NCBI GenBank assembly: GCA_045661245.1
Contig: JAZRFH010000036.1
Coordinates: 8,928-72,927, forward strand
Reading direction: 5' to 3'
DNA: 64,000 nucleotides
Source of the DNA: Eubacteriales bacterium
GTDB taxonomy: Bacteria; Bacillota; Clostridia; Oscillospirales; CAG-272
In this document: positions 18,340 through 30,213 of the stretch, one piece after another
How positions within the stretch are numbered: position 1 is the stretch's first letter
How the letters are laid out: each line of letters opens with the position of its first letter
Position numbers and translations under genes: made by a program
The notes under the pieces: model-generated
What the model was told of the DNA's origin: nothing
Seen by the model: the letters and a program-made list of their open reading frames with translations, nothing else
The model's database searches: none

Positions 18340-18873
18340 ATGACTTCTGCCAGAAATTACGGCGAGGCATTATTTTTGCTTGCCAGCGAAGAAGGCACGG
18401 AAGAAAAAATGCACACAGATGCCGAGTGCCTCTCACTCGCCATAAAGGAAAACCCCGATTATGTAAAGCTCTTGAACACCCCTGCAGTTTCAAGAGAAGA
18501 GAGGCTGGCGCTTATAGACCGAGCCCTTCTCGGTATGGACAAAAATCTTATAAATCTTGTGAAGCTCCTATCAGACAAGCATCTTGCACACAAGATACCC
18601 GAGGCTCTCTCAGGCTTTTTTGACACTTACGACGAGGCTATGGGAATATGCCACGCAGAGGCTATCAGCGCGCGGCCGCTTACAGACAGAGAGCTTGACA
18701 GGCTGAAAACAAACCTTGAGGCCCAAACGGGTAAGACGGTTATTATCAAAAACCTGACCGACCCTACCCTGCTTGGCGGTATGAAGCTGCGCTATATGGG
18801 CCGCGAGATTGACGGAGCGCTGAAAACTCGGCTTGACAGCTTTGAAAAGAAGCTGAAGGATACAGTAATTTAA
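18340..18873 (+). CDS. atpH: F0F1 ATP synthase subunit delta
   Basis: 177 aa; operon position; C-terminal [18 protein letters not shown] motif. Confidence 0.85.
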   Translation: MTSARNYGEALFLLASEEGTEEKMHTDAECLSLAIKENPDYVKLLNTPAVSREERLALIDRALLGMDKNLINLVKLLSDKHLAHKIPEALSGFFDTYDEAMGICHAEAISARPLTDRELDRLKTNLEAQTGKTVIIKNLTDPTLLGGMKLRYMGREIDGALKTRLDSFEKKLKDTVI

Positions 18874-18892
18874 GTATAAAGTTGGTGAACAA

Positions 18893-20410
18893 ATGCAATC
18901 AAGAATTGATGATATAAGCAAGATTATCAAGGAGCAGATAAAGCATTACGAGAACAGAACCGAGCAAAACGAGGTTGGCTACGTTATTTCGGTCGGTGAC
19001 GGTATTGCAAAGGTACTGGGACTTGATAAATGCCGTTCTAACGAGCTTGTGGAATTTGCAAACGGCTCGTTCGGTATGGCACTTAACCTTGAGGAGTCGC
19101 TTGTCAGCTGCGTTCTGCTTGGCACGGACGTAGGTATCAGCGAGGGCAGTATCGTTAAGCGTACGGACAGAGTTGTTTCCGTACCCGTAGGCGAGGCCCT
19201 TATCGGCAGAGTAGTAAACGCACTCGGTCAGCCTATCGACGGCTCGGGACCGATTGATACCGACACTTACAGCCCGATAGAACGCCGTGCTTACGGTATA
19301 ATTGAGAGAAAGTCGGTATCCGTGCCCTTACAGACGGGTATTAAGGCAATAGACTCTATGATACCCATCGGACGCGGTCAGCGCGAGCTTATAATAGGCG
19401 ACAGGCAGACGGGTAAGACGGTTATTGCAACAGACACTATTATAAACCAAAAGGGCAAGAACGTTATTTGTATATACGTTGCTATAGGCCAAAAGCAGTC
19501 TACCGTAACGGGCGTTGTTGAAACGCTTAAGGCAAGCGGCGCTATGGACTATACTATCGTTGTTTCGGCAACCGCGTCTGACCCTGCGCCCCTACAGTAC
19601 ATCGCACCCTATGCGGGTTGCAGTATGGGTGAATATTTTATGGACCGCGGGCGTGACGTGCTTATCGTTTACGACGACCTTTCAAAGCACGCTGTAGCTT
19701 ACAGAGCGCTCTCACTCCTTATCAGACGCCCCCCGGGCCGTGAGGCATATCCCGGCGACGTATTCTATTTACATTCCAGACTGCTTGAGCGCGCGGCAAG
19801 GCTTAGCGACGAGCTCGGCGGCGGCTCTCTTACAGCACTGCCGATTATCGAAACACAGGCAGGTGACGTATCGGCGTATATTCCTACAAACGTTATTTCT
19901 ATAACAGACGGTCAGATATTCCTTGTAACCGAGCTCTTTCACTCGGGTGTCAGACCTGCTGTAAACCCCGGTATCTCGGTATCGCGAGTTGGCGGTAACG
20001 CGCAGATTAAGGCTATGAAGAAGGTATCGGGAACGCTTAAGATACTTTACTCACAGTACAGAGAGCTTGCAGGCTTTGCACAGTTTGGCTCTGACCTTGA
20101 TAAGGACACTAAGGCAAGGCTTGAGCAGGGTGCGAGAATAGTTGAGGTTTTAAAGCAGGACAGAAATTCGCCTATAGCGGTTGAACTACAGATTGCGATT
20201 ATCTACTCCGTTGTAAACAACCTCTTGAAGGACGTTAAGGTTGAAGATATCAAGAGCTTTGAAGAGGAGCTTTTTGAATATTTGAGTGCTACAAAGGAGA
20301 GCTTGCTTGAAACCATTCGCGTATCGGGAGTTCTCACAAGTGAAAGCGAAGCCGAGCTGAGAGATGCCATAATTGCCTGCCGTGACAAGTTTTTAGGACT
20401 TAAGGGCTAA
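18893..20410 (+). CDS. atpA: F0F1 ATP synthase subunit alpha
   Basis: GDRQTGKT P-loop; 505 aa. Confidence 0.95.
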   Translation: MQSRIDDISKIIKEQIKHYENRTEQNEVGYVISVGDGIAKVLGLDKCRSNELVEFANGSFGMALNLEESLVSCVLLGTDVGISEGSIVKRTDRVVSVPVGEALIGRVVNALGQPIDGSGPIDTDTYSPIERRAYGIIERKSVSVPLQTGIKAIDSMIPIGRGQRELIIGDRQTGKTVIATDTIINQKGKNVICIYVAIGQKQSTVTGVVETLKASGAMDYTIVVSATASDPAPLQYIAPYAGCSMGEYFMDRGRDVLIVYDDLSKHAVAYRALSLLIRRPPGREAYPGDVFYLHSRLLERAARLSDELGGGSLTALPIIETQAGDVSAYIPTNVISITDGQIFLVTELFHSGVRPAVNPGISVSRVGGNAQIKAMKKVSGTLKILYSQYRELAGFAQFGSDLDKDTKARLEQGARIVEVLKQDRNSPIAVELQIAIIYSVVNNLLKDVKVEDIKSFEEELFEYLSATKESLLETIRVSGVLTSESEAELRDAIIACRDKFLGLKG

Positions 20411-20421
20411 GAGGTATAAAG

Positions 20422-22678
<2,257 letters not shown>

Positions 22679-22680
22679 TT

Positions 22681-23082
22681 ATGAGAAGCTTTCATATTGA
22701 CGTTGTAACGCCCGACGGGCTTATCTATTCGGGTGAGATTGAGAGCCTGCTTGTACGCACCGACGCGGGTGACGTTGAATTTCTCGCAGGCCACATCGAT
22801 TATATCGCGGCACTCGGTACGGGCAGAGCCAGAATCAAAGAGGGCGGCCGTGACAGGTATGCCTCAGTTTCCGGCGGCACTGTAGCGGTAAAGGACGGTA
22901 AAGTCAGACTCGTTGCCGTAACCTTTGAATTTAAAGAGGACATTGATATTGAAAGAGCACGCAGTGCGATGGCGCGCGCCGAGGAAAAAATAAAGGCGGC
23001 AAGGAGCGAGCGTGAGCTGACCCTTGCTAAAGCAAGGCTACAAAGAGCAATTGCCAGAATAAGAGTCTGGGAGCTCAAATAA
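22681..23082 (+). CDS. atpC: F0F1 ATP synthase subunit epsilon
   Basis: 133 aa; last gene of the atp operon. Confidence 0.9.
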   Translation: MRSFHIDVVTPDGLIYSGEIESLLVRTDAGDVEFLAGHIDYIAALGTGRARIKEGGRDRYASVSGGTVAVKDGKVRLVAVTFEFKEDIDIERARSAMARAEEKIKAARSERELTLAKARLQRAIARIRVWELK

Positions 23083-23111
23083 TCAGATAGCAATACGGGA
23101 AAAGGACTAAA

Positions 23112-24371
23112 ATGTATTACGGATATAAAATAAGTGACTATACCAAGAGCCTTGCAGAAAGAGCCGAGGCTGACTGCCGTGAGGTATTTAAAAAAATTGA
23201 CGAGAACGCACTTCTTTGCTCTGCAAAAATACTGAACGCCTTTCAGAATCAGCGCGTTTCAACCTCAGATTTCATAGAAATCACGGGCTACGGCTATACG
23301 GACGACGGCAGGGACAAGCTTGAGAGAATTTACGCAGAGGTTTTCGGTGCAGAGGACGCGCTTGTAAGACCGCAGATTATGTCGGGCACGCACGCACTTG
23401 CAATAACGCTCGGTGGCTTACTTAAGCACGGAGATACACTCGTTTACGTATCGGGTGAGCCGTACGACACCTTAAGGAGCGTTATCGGTACGGCGGGAGA
23501 TAGCAGAAACTCGCTTATCAAGTGCGGTATAAAATACGAGGAAATCAACCTTGTGGGTGACGAATTTGACCTTGATGCAATAAAAGAGCGCTTTAGTAAA
23601 GATTTTGTAAAGGTTGCGGCAATACAGCGCAGCCGCGGTTATTCGCAGAGAAAAAGCCTTGTAATTGATAAGATAGCCGAAGCTATAAAGGTTATAAAAG
23701 AGGTGTCACCCGATACTATAGTTATGGTAGACAACTGCTACGGTGAGTTTACAGAGGACCGTGAGCCCTGCGAGGTTGGTGCTGACGTTTTTGTCGGCTC
23801 AATGATGAAAAATCTCGGTGCGGGCTTTGCAAAGAGCGGCGGCTACTGTGTAGGCCGTGCTGATATAATCGAGGATATTGCCGAAAGGCTGACTGCCCCC
23901 TGTGTTGGTAAAAGCCTTGGTGCAAACTTTAATCAGCTTGCTGATTTTTACAAGGGATTTTTTATGTCACCGACGACGGTTGCGGCAACGCTTAAATCAA
24001 TGGCGTTTGCGGCAAGAGTGCTTGAGCTTGCAGGCTTTGAGGGTGTGTCACCGAGATATGACGAGAAACGCACCGACATTGTGCAGACTATAGATTTCTG
24101 CGACCCCGACAAGCTTATAAAATTCTGCAAGGGCATACAGATGGGCTCGCCCGTTGAGTCATACTGCATACCCGAGCCGGGCGATATGCCGGGCTACCCC
24201 CACCCCGAGATAATGGCGGCGGGAACGTTTATTACGGGTGCTACAAACGAGCTCTCGTGCGACGGACCCCTTTGCCCGCCTTACACGGCGTATATGCAGG
24301 GCGGCCTTACCTACGACTACGGCAAGCTTGGCGTAATGCGCGCGCTTGACGAAATGCTGGATTTATCATAA
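23112..24371 (+). CDS. Methionine gamma-lyase family protein (YnbB / aluminium-resistance family, PLP-dependent)
   Basis: ITGYGYTDDGRDKLERIYAEVFGAEDALVRPQIMSGTHA matches the pattern I recall for this family; 419 aa. Confidence 0.7.
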   Translation: MYYGYKISDYTKSLAERAEADCREVFKKIDENALLCSAKILNAFQNQRVSTSDFIEITGYGYTDDGRDKLERIYAEVFGAEDALVRPQIMSGTHALAITLGGLLKHGDTLVYVSGEPYDTLRSVIGTAGDSRNSLIKCGIKYEEINLVGDEFDLDAIKERFSKDFVKVAAIQRSRGYSQRKSLVIDKIAEAIKVIKEVSPDTIVMVDNCYGEFTEDREPCEVGADVFVGSMMKNLGAGFAKSGGYCVGRADIIEDIAERLTAPCVGKSLGANFNQLADFYKGFFMSPTTVAATLKSMAFAARVLELAGFEGVSPRYDEKRTDIVQTIDFCDPDKLIKFCKGIQMGSPVESYCIPEPGDMPGYPHPEIMAAGTFITGATNELSCDGPLCPPYTAYMQGGLTYDYGKLGVMRALDEMLDLS

Positions 24372-24402
24372 GCAAATAATTATTTACATACAGGAGCACA
24401 GA

Positions 24403-25011
24403 ATGAACAAGTGCTATTTAGTGGGTGCAGGTGATTTTTTTGGTATGCCGACGCCCGACGGGGGCGACCTTGTAATTGCCGCAGACGGCGGATATAACCA
24501 TTTAATCTCACACGGGTTGCGGTGCGACCTGCTTATAGGCGACCTCGATTCCCTTGTCGGTGGGCCACCCGAAATAGAGCTTATACGCCACCCCGTAAAA
24601 AAGGATATGACGGATATGTACCTCGCATATCTTGAGGGTGTGCGCCGCGGATACACGGAGTTTGAAATATACGGTGCATCGGGCGGCAGAGAGGACCACA
24701 CGCTTGCAAACTACTCGCTTTTGCTGTATGCAAGGGAGCAGGGTAACAGTGCGGCTCTCTACAGCAAAAATGCCTGCGCACGTGTTATAAAAAACGAAAG
24801 TGTAATTATTACGGGTACGTGCGGTAAAACTCTCTCGGTTTTTGCTTTTGGCAAGGACGCTTTGGGAGTTGATATTATAGGTGCGGAGTACGAGGCCCTT
24901 GGAGTAAACCTCTCAATGTCATTCCCCCTTGGGGTATCAAACAGCTTTAAAGACGAGCCTGTTACAATTAGTGTGCGTGATGGGGCTTTACTGATAATTT
25001 CAGAAATTTAA
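24403..25011 (+). CDS. thiN: Thiamine diphosphokinase
   Basis: ATG 24403 behind AGGAG. IGDLDS and KKDMTDM motifs; 202 aa. Confidence 0.8.
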   Translation: MNKCYLVGAGDFFGMPTPDGGDLVIAADGGYNHLISHGLRCDLLIGDLDSLVGGPPEIELIRHPVKKDMTDMYLAYLEGVRRGYTEFEIYGASGGREDHTLANYSLLLYAREQGNSAALYSKNACARVIKNESVIITGTCGKTLSVFAFGKDALGVDIIGAEYEALGVNLSMSFPLGVSNSFKDEPVTISVRDGALLIISEI

Positions 25012-25020
25012 GTTTTTCAC

Positions 25021-25049
25021 TTGACAACGCAAGTTTCACTTGCTATAAT
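25021..25049 (+). promoter_or_regulatory. Consensus sigma-A-type promoter for the thiT leader
   Basis: TTGACA (25021-25026), 17 nt, TATAAT (25044-25049). Confidence 0.75.
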
Positions 25050-25069
25050 ACTCTTGAACCGAACAGAAT

Positions 25070-25150
25070 AAATATCAGGGGTGCTCTCGGGCTGAGATAG
25101 CGTTTAGCTAAACCCTTTAACCTGATACGGATAATGCCGTCGTAGGAAGA
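25070..25150 (+). promoter_or_regulatory. TPP (THI-box) riboswitch aptamer
   Basis: GGGGTGC...CTGAGA...ACCC...AACCTGAT..GGATAATGCC...GGAAG conserved blocks appear in the correct order upstream of thiT. Confidence 0.9.
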
Positions 25151-25180
25151 TTATAAGTGGTTTTTTCCATTATATTTAAC

Positions 25181-25218
25181 ACCGCACGGATATCTATCCT
25201 GTGCGGTATCTTTATTTT
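25181..25218 (+). terminator. Riboswitch expression-platform terminator (attenuator)
   Basis: ACCGCACGG ... CCTGTGCGGT stem followed by ATCTTTATTTTT, immediately before the thiT ribosome-binding site. Confidence 0.7.
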
Positions 25219-25230
25219 TGGAGGTTTGTT

Positions 25231-25824
25231 ATGAGAAACAAACAAATTACCACTCTTTCAGAGTGCGCGGTAATGATTGCACTCGCCTTTGTGCTGAGCT
25301 GTGCCAAGCTTTACGAGATGCCCCTTGGCGGCTCAATTACCGTCGCAAGCATGCTGCCTATTATGCTAATCAGCATCAAATACGGCACACTTTGGGGTTT
25401 AGGCTCAGCATTTCTTTACTCCGGCACGCAGGCACTGCAGGCTTTAGCCGCCGGCAACGTATTTCCCTACTGTGAAACCGCACCGACGCTTATACTCTGC
25501 GTTCTTTTCGACTACTTAGTACCCTTTACGCTTATAGGTCTTTCGGGCGTATTTATGAAGAACGTGAAAATCAAGAGCACCGAGGCGCGCGCGTATATCG
25601 GTATGACACTGACTGTAGCACTGCGCTTTGTATGCCACTATATCACGGGCGTTGTAATATGGGGTCAGTGGGCACCCGACGGAATGGGTAAATTCCTTTA
25701 TTCCTTGCTTTACAACGGCGGATTTTTGCTGCCCGACCTTTTAATTTGCATAGCCGCCGCGGTTTTGATGTTCAGAAAGAGCGAGATACGCAAGCTTTGC
25801 TGTCTTGATAAATACAAGGCATAA
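25231..25824 (+). CDS. thiT: Energy-coupling-factor thiamine transporter S component ThiT
   Basis: 197-aa, 6-helix membrane protein directly behind the TPP riboswitch. ATG 25231 behind GGAGG. Confidence 0.8.
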   Translation: MRNKQITTLSECAVMIALAFVLSCAKLYEMPLGGSITVASMLPIMLISIKYGTLWGLGSAFLYSGTQALQALAAGNVFPYCETAPTLILCVLFDYLVPFTLIGLSGVFMKNVKIKSTEARAYIGMTLTVALRFVCHYITGVVIWGQWAPDGMGKFLYSLLYNGGFLLPDLLICIAAAVLMFRKSEIRKLCCLDKYKA

Positions 25825-25835
25825 ATAAAAAACAA

Positions 25836-25871
25836 AGGGAACAGAGCCGAATACTCTATTCCCTATTTTTA
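25836..25871. terminator. Bidirectional terminator between thiT and the exonuclease gene
   Basis: AGGGAACAGAG ... CTCTATTCCCT stem followed by ATTTTTAT. Confidence 0.55.
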
Positions 25872-26834
25872 TTTCTCGGTCTGCCTGCGCGGTCCGCGCG
25901 GCTTTCTCTGCCGTATCTTTCTTCTCGCAGCCGTGCGCACAAGCGCGTCTTTAAATTCGGCCAGCTGCTCCTCTGTTGCTTTGGAAACCGTACGGCGTGC
26001 GCGCCAGGTTTCATTAAAATTCTTATGTAGCTTAAGAGATAATAGCATATCTCCGCACTTTTCGCATTTGTAATGAAGCGTGTATCTCTGCCCCTTTGAG
26101 TGCAGAACCTTGCCGTCGCTTATAAGCTTGCCCTTGCATATCGGGCAGAGGGGATTTGCCACCGCATCGTCTGATAGCATCTCGCCTATCGTAACGTATC
26201 CGTCGTCGCCTGCGTCAGCGTCACCTATAACGCCCTCTTCAAGAAACTCGCCCCCCCTCTCATTGTAGGTGCGAATACCGAGGGCAATATCAAGCTTTTG
26301 CGCCACGAGGGCGGTGAAATACGCATCGTTGAGCGCATCGTGAGCCGGCAGGTTCATTGGAATACCGTAGTAATCCATCGCGTATTCAAGCGCGCGCTGC
26401 TTTGAGAGGCCGTCGGTCTGCCTTGAGAACATCAGCTGTAGGTCGTAGGTGTTGTTAAGCCAGCTCTGGTCAATGGAATTGACATGAAAATTCTCTTTCA
26501 GCATCGGTATATCGTCAGGGCCCCAGGTGAGAAAAGCAAAATCCTCACCGCACCACCGCCTGAAGCTCTCTGCCGCCTCGGTAAGCGGTGTGCCAACGTC
26601 CATCTGCGCCTGCGTAATACCCGTAAGGCTTGATACGTGACTGTGTAATTTTTTAAAATACTTCGGTTTTACTATTATTTGATACGAACCGCATATACGG
26701 AGCTTTGAATCGAGCTTTACAGCGCCGATTTGAATAACCTCGCCCCTAAGTCTTGCCGAAAGCTGCCTTTGCACGGCAAGTGCCTTTTGTGCGTATGCCT
26801 GGTTCCATTCAAGGTCCAGAGTTATATAATACAT
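25869..26834 (-). CDS. DEDDh 3'-5' exonuclease with a C-terminal zinc ribbon and basic tail
   Basis: ITLDLEWN (ExoI), QIGAV and HDALNDAYF (ExoIII H-x4-D) motifs. C-terminal CPICKG...CEKCG. Start is ambiguous: ATG 26834 is preferred, and the longest ORF starts at 26879. Confidence 0.75.
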   Translation of the reverse strand: MYYITLDLEWNQAYAQKALAVQRQLSARLRGEVIQIGAVKLDSKLRICGSYQIIVKPKYFKKLHSHVSSLTGITQAQMDVGTPLTEAAESFRRWCGEDFAFLTWGPDDIPMLKENFHVNSIDQSWLNNTYDLQLMFSRQTDGLSKQRALEYAMDYYGIPMNLPAHDALNDAYFTALVAQKLDIALGIRTYNERGGEFLEEGVIGDADAGDDGYVTIGEMLSDDAVANPLCPICKGKLISDGKVLHSKGQRYTLHYKCEKCGDMLLSLKLHKNFNETWRARRTVSKATEEQLAEFKDALVRTAARRKIRQRKPRGPRRQTEK

Positions 26835-26926
26835 TTTTATGTCCTTGATTACTTTTTTACAACACATTGATTTTACCATATAGGAGAGGGAAAGTCAATA
26901 GATAAAGACTGCTATATCAAAATATC

Positions 26927-26955
26927 TTGACAAGTAATATAAGTTAAGCTATAAT
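26927..26955 (+). promoter_or_regulatory. Consensus promoter upstream of glnN
   Basis: TTGACA (26927-26932), 17 nt, TATAAT (26950-26955). Confidence 0.7.
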
Positions 26956-26993
26956 ATACGTATTATTTTGAAATTTGTCGGAGGCTCACGAAA

Positions 26994-29093
26994 ATGGAAA
27001 AAGAAATAATATCGGATATATTTGCCTCCTGTGTCTTCAGCGAGGACGTTATGAGGGAAAGACTGCCCAAAGAGGTATATAAATCCCTGCTTAACACCAT
27101 AGCTACGGGCAAGGAGATTGACACCGGAATTGCCGACATCGTGGCAGGAGCTATGAAGGATTGGGCAGTTGAGCACGGTGCTACACACTTTACCCATTGG
27201 TTCCAGCCTCTGACAGGCGTTACCGCGGAAAAGCACGACGCATTTTTAACACCCGTAGGCTCGGGTAAGGCGATAATGGAGTTCTCGGGCAAGGAGCTTA
27301 TCAAGGGCGAGCCCGATGCATCAAGCTTTCCCTCAGGCGGCTTACGAGCTACCTTTGAGGCGCGCGGATATACTGCGTGGGACCCGGCATCTTATGCGTT
27401 TATAAAGGACCAGTCACTTTACATACCCACGGCGTTCTGCTGTTCCACGGGCGAGGCGCTTGATTCGAACACACCCCTTTTCCGCTCTATGGACGCGATA
27501 AGCGCAGAGGGCTTAAGAATCGTAAGGCTCTTCGGTGACACTACGGCTAAGCGCGTTACCTCAACCGTAGGTGCTGAGCAGGAGTATTTCCTTATTGACG
27601 AGGGTGACTTCAAGGCAAGGCGCGACCTATTTTATTGCGGACGCACGCTTTTCGGAGCGCCTGCTGTTAAGGGTCAGGAGCTTGAGGACCACTATTTCGG
27701 TGTTTTGCGCCCTCGCGTTTCGGCATTTATGCACGAGCTTGACACCGAGCTTTGGAAGCTTGGCATCAGCGCAAAAACAAAGCACAACGAGGCAGCCCCC
27801 GCACAGCACGAGCTGGCGCCCATTTACTGTACTACTAATATTGCGGTTGACAACAACCTTTTAACTATGGAGGTTATGAAGACCATAGCCCCGAAATACG
27901 GAATGGCCTGCCTGCTTGCCGAAAAGCCCTTTGCAGGTATCAACGGCTCGGGTAAGCACAACAACTGGTCGCTCGGCACAGACACGGGTATAAACCTTTT
28001 GCGCCCGGGTAAAACACCTGCACATAACAAGCAGTTTTTACTTATGCTTGCCGCGGTTGTACGCGCGGTTGACGAATATCAAGACCTTTTGCGTATTTCA
28101 AGCGCAACCGCAGGCAACGATTGCCGTCTTGGCGGCGGCGAGGCACCGCCCTCTATAGTGTCAATATTCCTTGGCGACGAGCTTGATATGATTATTGATT
28201 CCATCATAGCGGGTTCGGATTATTCGGACGAAAAGAACAGCAAATATATGTCACTTGGCATTCCGTCGATACCCAATATCAGGCGCGATACCGCTGACAG
28301 AAACCGCACCTCGCCCTTTGCATTTACAGGCAACAAGTTTGAGTTCCGTATGGTGGGCTCGTCGCAGAATATCGCACTTGCGAATATAGTTATCAACACC
28401 TCTGTTGCAAGTGTTTTGCACGATTTTGCAGACGAGCTTGAGGCGGCAGGCGATTTCGAGGCAACCTTAACCGAAATTATTGCGCGCACCTTTAAAAATC
28501 ACAAGCGCATAATATTCTCGGGCAACTCTTATTCTGAGGAATGGGTAAAGGAAGCTGAGGCGCGCGGTCTATCCAACTTCCGCACCTCTCCCGAGGCTTA
28601 CGCACATTTTACCGACGAGAAGAACGTTGAGCTCTTTGGTAAATTCGGTATTATGAGCGAGTCGGAAATGCGCTCGCGCCGCGAGATATTCTTTGAGAGC
28701 TACAGAAAGATAAAGAATATTGAGGCAAAGACGATGCTCGAAATGACGATACGCGATTACATACCTGCCGTTACGAAATACGTAGGTGCGCTCTCAAGCA
28801 GTGTTGTCAGCACCAAGGCCGCCCTGCCCACAGCAAACACTTCGGCAGAGAGTGACCTTATCGAAAAGCTCTCAGACCTCTTAGCAAGAACCTATACTGC
28901 GTACAACGAGCTTATGCGTGTAGAAAATATTGCGGTTAAAAAGACCTGCGACGAGGAAGCCGCCTTCTACTACAAGACGAGCGTTATACCGAAAATGGAT
29001 ACGCTGCGCCGCGCGGTAGACGAGATGGAAATCCTGTGTGCCCGTGAGTATTGGCCCGTGCCTACCTACGGCGACATCACGTTCAGAGTATAA
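26994..29093 (+). CDS. glnN: Glutamine synthetase type III
   Basis: 699 aa, the length class of GSIII. FTHWFQPLTG and NGSGKHNNWS motifs. Confidence 0.85.
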   Translation: MEKEIISDIFASCVFSEDVMRERLPKEVYKSLLNTIATGKEIDTGIADIVAGAMKDWAVEHGATHFTHWFQPLTGVTAEKHDAFLTPVGSGKAIMEFSGKELIKGEPDASSFPSGGLRATFEARGYTAWDPASYAFIKDQSLYIPTAFCCSTGEALDSNTPLFRSMDAISAEGLRIVRLFGDTTAKRVTSTVGAEQEYFLIDEGDFKARRDLFYCGRTLFGAPAVKGQELEDHYFGVLRPRVSAFMHELDTELWKLGISAKTKHNEAAPAQHELAPIYCTTNIAVDNNLLTMEVMKTIAPKYGMACLLAEKPFAGINGSGKHNNWSLGTDTGINLLRPGKTPAHNKQFLLMLAAVVRAVDEYQDLLRISSATAGNDCRLGGGEAPPSIVSIFLGDELDMIIDSIIAGSDYSDEKNSKYMSLGIPSIPNIRRDTADRNRTSPFAFTGNKFEFRMVGSSQNIALANIVINTSVASVLHDFADELEAAGDFEATLTEIIARTFKNHKRIIFSGNSYSEEWVKEAEARGLSNFRTSPEAYAHFTDEKNVELFGKFGIMSESEMRSRREIFFESYRKIKNIEAKTMLEMTIRDYIPAVTKYVGALSSSVVSTKAALPTANTSAESDLIEKLSDLLARTYTAYNELMRVENIAVKKTCDEEAAFYYKTSVIPKMDTLRRAVDEMEILCAREYWPVPTYGDITFRV

Positions 29094-29099
29094 AAATAA

Positions 29100-29160
29100 A
29101 AGCAAGAATAAAAGGAAATTTCAGTTGCGAAAAAGCCTTAATATTCTTGCTTTTTTATTT
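29100..29160. terminator. Bidirectional terminator between glnN and azlD
   Basis: AAGCAAGAATA ... TATTCTTGCTT long stem flanked by A-runs and T-runs. Confidence 0.5.
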
Positions 29161-29166
29161 TTGTTT

Positions 29167-29502
29167 TTAGCTTAAATACGGTATTACGTATCTTATTACA
29201 CACTCAGAGATAAGGGCCGTGCCAGCACCGCCAAGAGCAACCAGAACCATTCCCCGCTCAAAATAAGCCAGCACGAGGCACACGGCAAACGCCAATATTC
29301 CCGATACTATATTACCCGTAGCATATATGACGGTGGGAAAGGTCATAACCGTGAGCACAACGTACGGCACGTAAAAAAGAAACGAACGAATAAACGTGCT
29401 TTTGATTTTGCGCTTTATAAAAAGAAGCGGTAAGAGCCTTATAAGGTACGTTGTGAGCGACATAAGAAAAAGGCACACGAAAAATCTGATTTCGGGATTC
29501 AC
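29167..29502 (-). CDS. azlD: AzlD family branched-chain amino acid transport protein
   Basis: 111-aa hydrophobic protein overlapping the end of azlC by 4 nt. Confidence 0.75.
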   Translation of the reverse strand: MNPEIRFFVCLFLMSLTTYLIRLLPLLFIKRKIKSTFIRSFLFYVPYVVLTVMTFPTVIYATGNIVSGILAFAVCLVLAYFERGMVLVALGGAGTALISECVIRYVIPYLS

Positions 29503-30212
29503 GCTTCACCCACCCCGCTTTCCTTAATAGGTGCCGCGATGGCAAAGACGGCACTTACAGTCACAGTACATATAACTATAACAAAGCCCGAGGGCACTTT
29601 ATTTAACACGGGTATGTAGTAAAAGGCAGAGGAAAGCGCCATAGCACAGAGAACGCAGATAAGCGTTTTAATACTCCGCTTAGCCGCAGGCAGAACTATA
29701 GCAACGAACATCGCGTAGAGCGAGATTGACAGTGCCGTTACGAGCACGCTCGGCAAAATACTGCCTGCCGCTGAGCCAAGGAGCGTGCCAAGCGTCCACC
29801 CAAGGTAGGGTAAAAGAATCAAGCCCTGCATATATCTTCTGCCGAGCATTTGCTCTTTGCCTATAGCAACCGCAAAGATTTCGTCGGTATTGGCAAAGCC
29901 AATGAGAAGCCTATCCCTAAGTCTTACGCGGCGGCCGAGCCTTTGAGTTAGTGAAACTGACATCAGGGCGTACCTTGAATTTATAACGAGCTGAGTAGCT
30001 ACGAGCTCAACAAACGCACCGCCGCCGGCTATTATCGGCACTGCCGCAAGCTGACCTGCCGAGGTAAGGTTAAACATTGATATAAAGAGCGCCTGATACC
30101 AGGTAAGCCCCTCTGCAACCGACAACAGACCAAAGCCGAATGACACTGCAAAATATCCAAGGCAGATAGGAAACCCGTCGCGCAGGCCCATTTTAAAATT
30201 ATTGTTTTCCAT
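29499..30212 (-). CDS. azlC: AzlC family transporter permease
   Basis: GLRDGFPICLGYFAVSFGFG N-terminal motif. ATG 30212 lies 1 nt after the upstream stop. Confidence 0.8.
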   Translation of the reverse strand: MENNNFKMGLRDGFPICLGYFAVSFGFGLLSVAEGLTWYQALFISMFNLTSAGQLAAVPIIAGGGAFVELVATQLVINSRYALMSVSLTQRLGRRVRLRDRLLIGFANTDEIFAVAIGKEQMLGRRYMQGLILLPYLGWTLGTLLGSAAGSILPSVLVTALSISLYAMFVAIVLPAAKRSIKTLICVLCAMALSSAFYYIPVLNKVPSGFVIVICTVTVSAVFAIAAPIKESGVGEA

Positions 30213-30213
30213 T

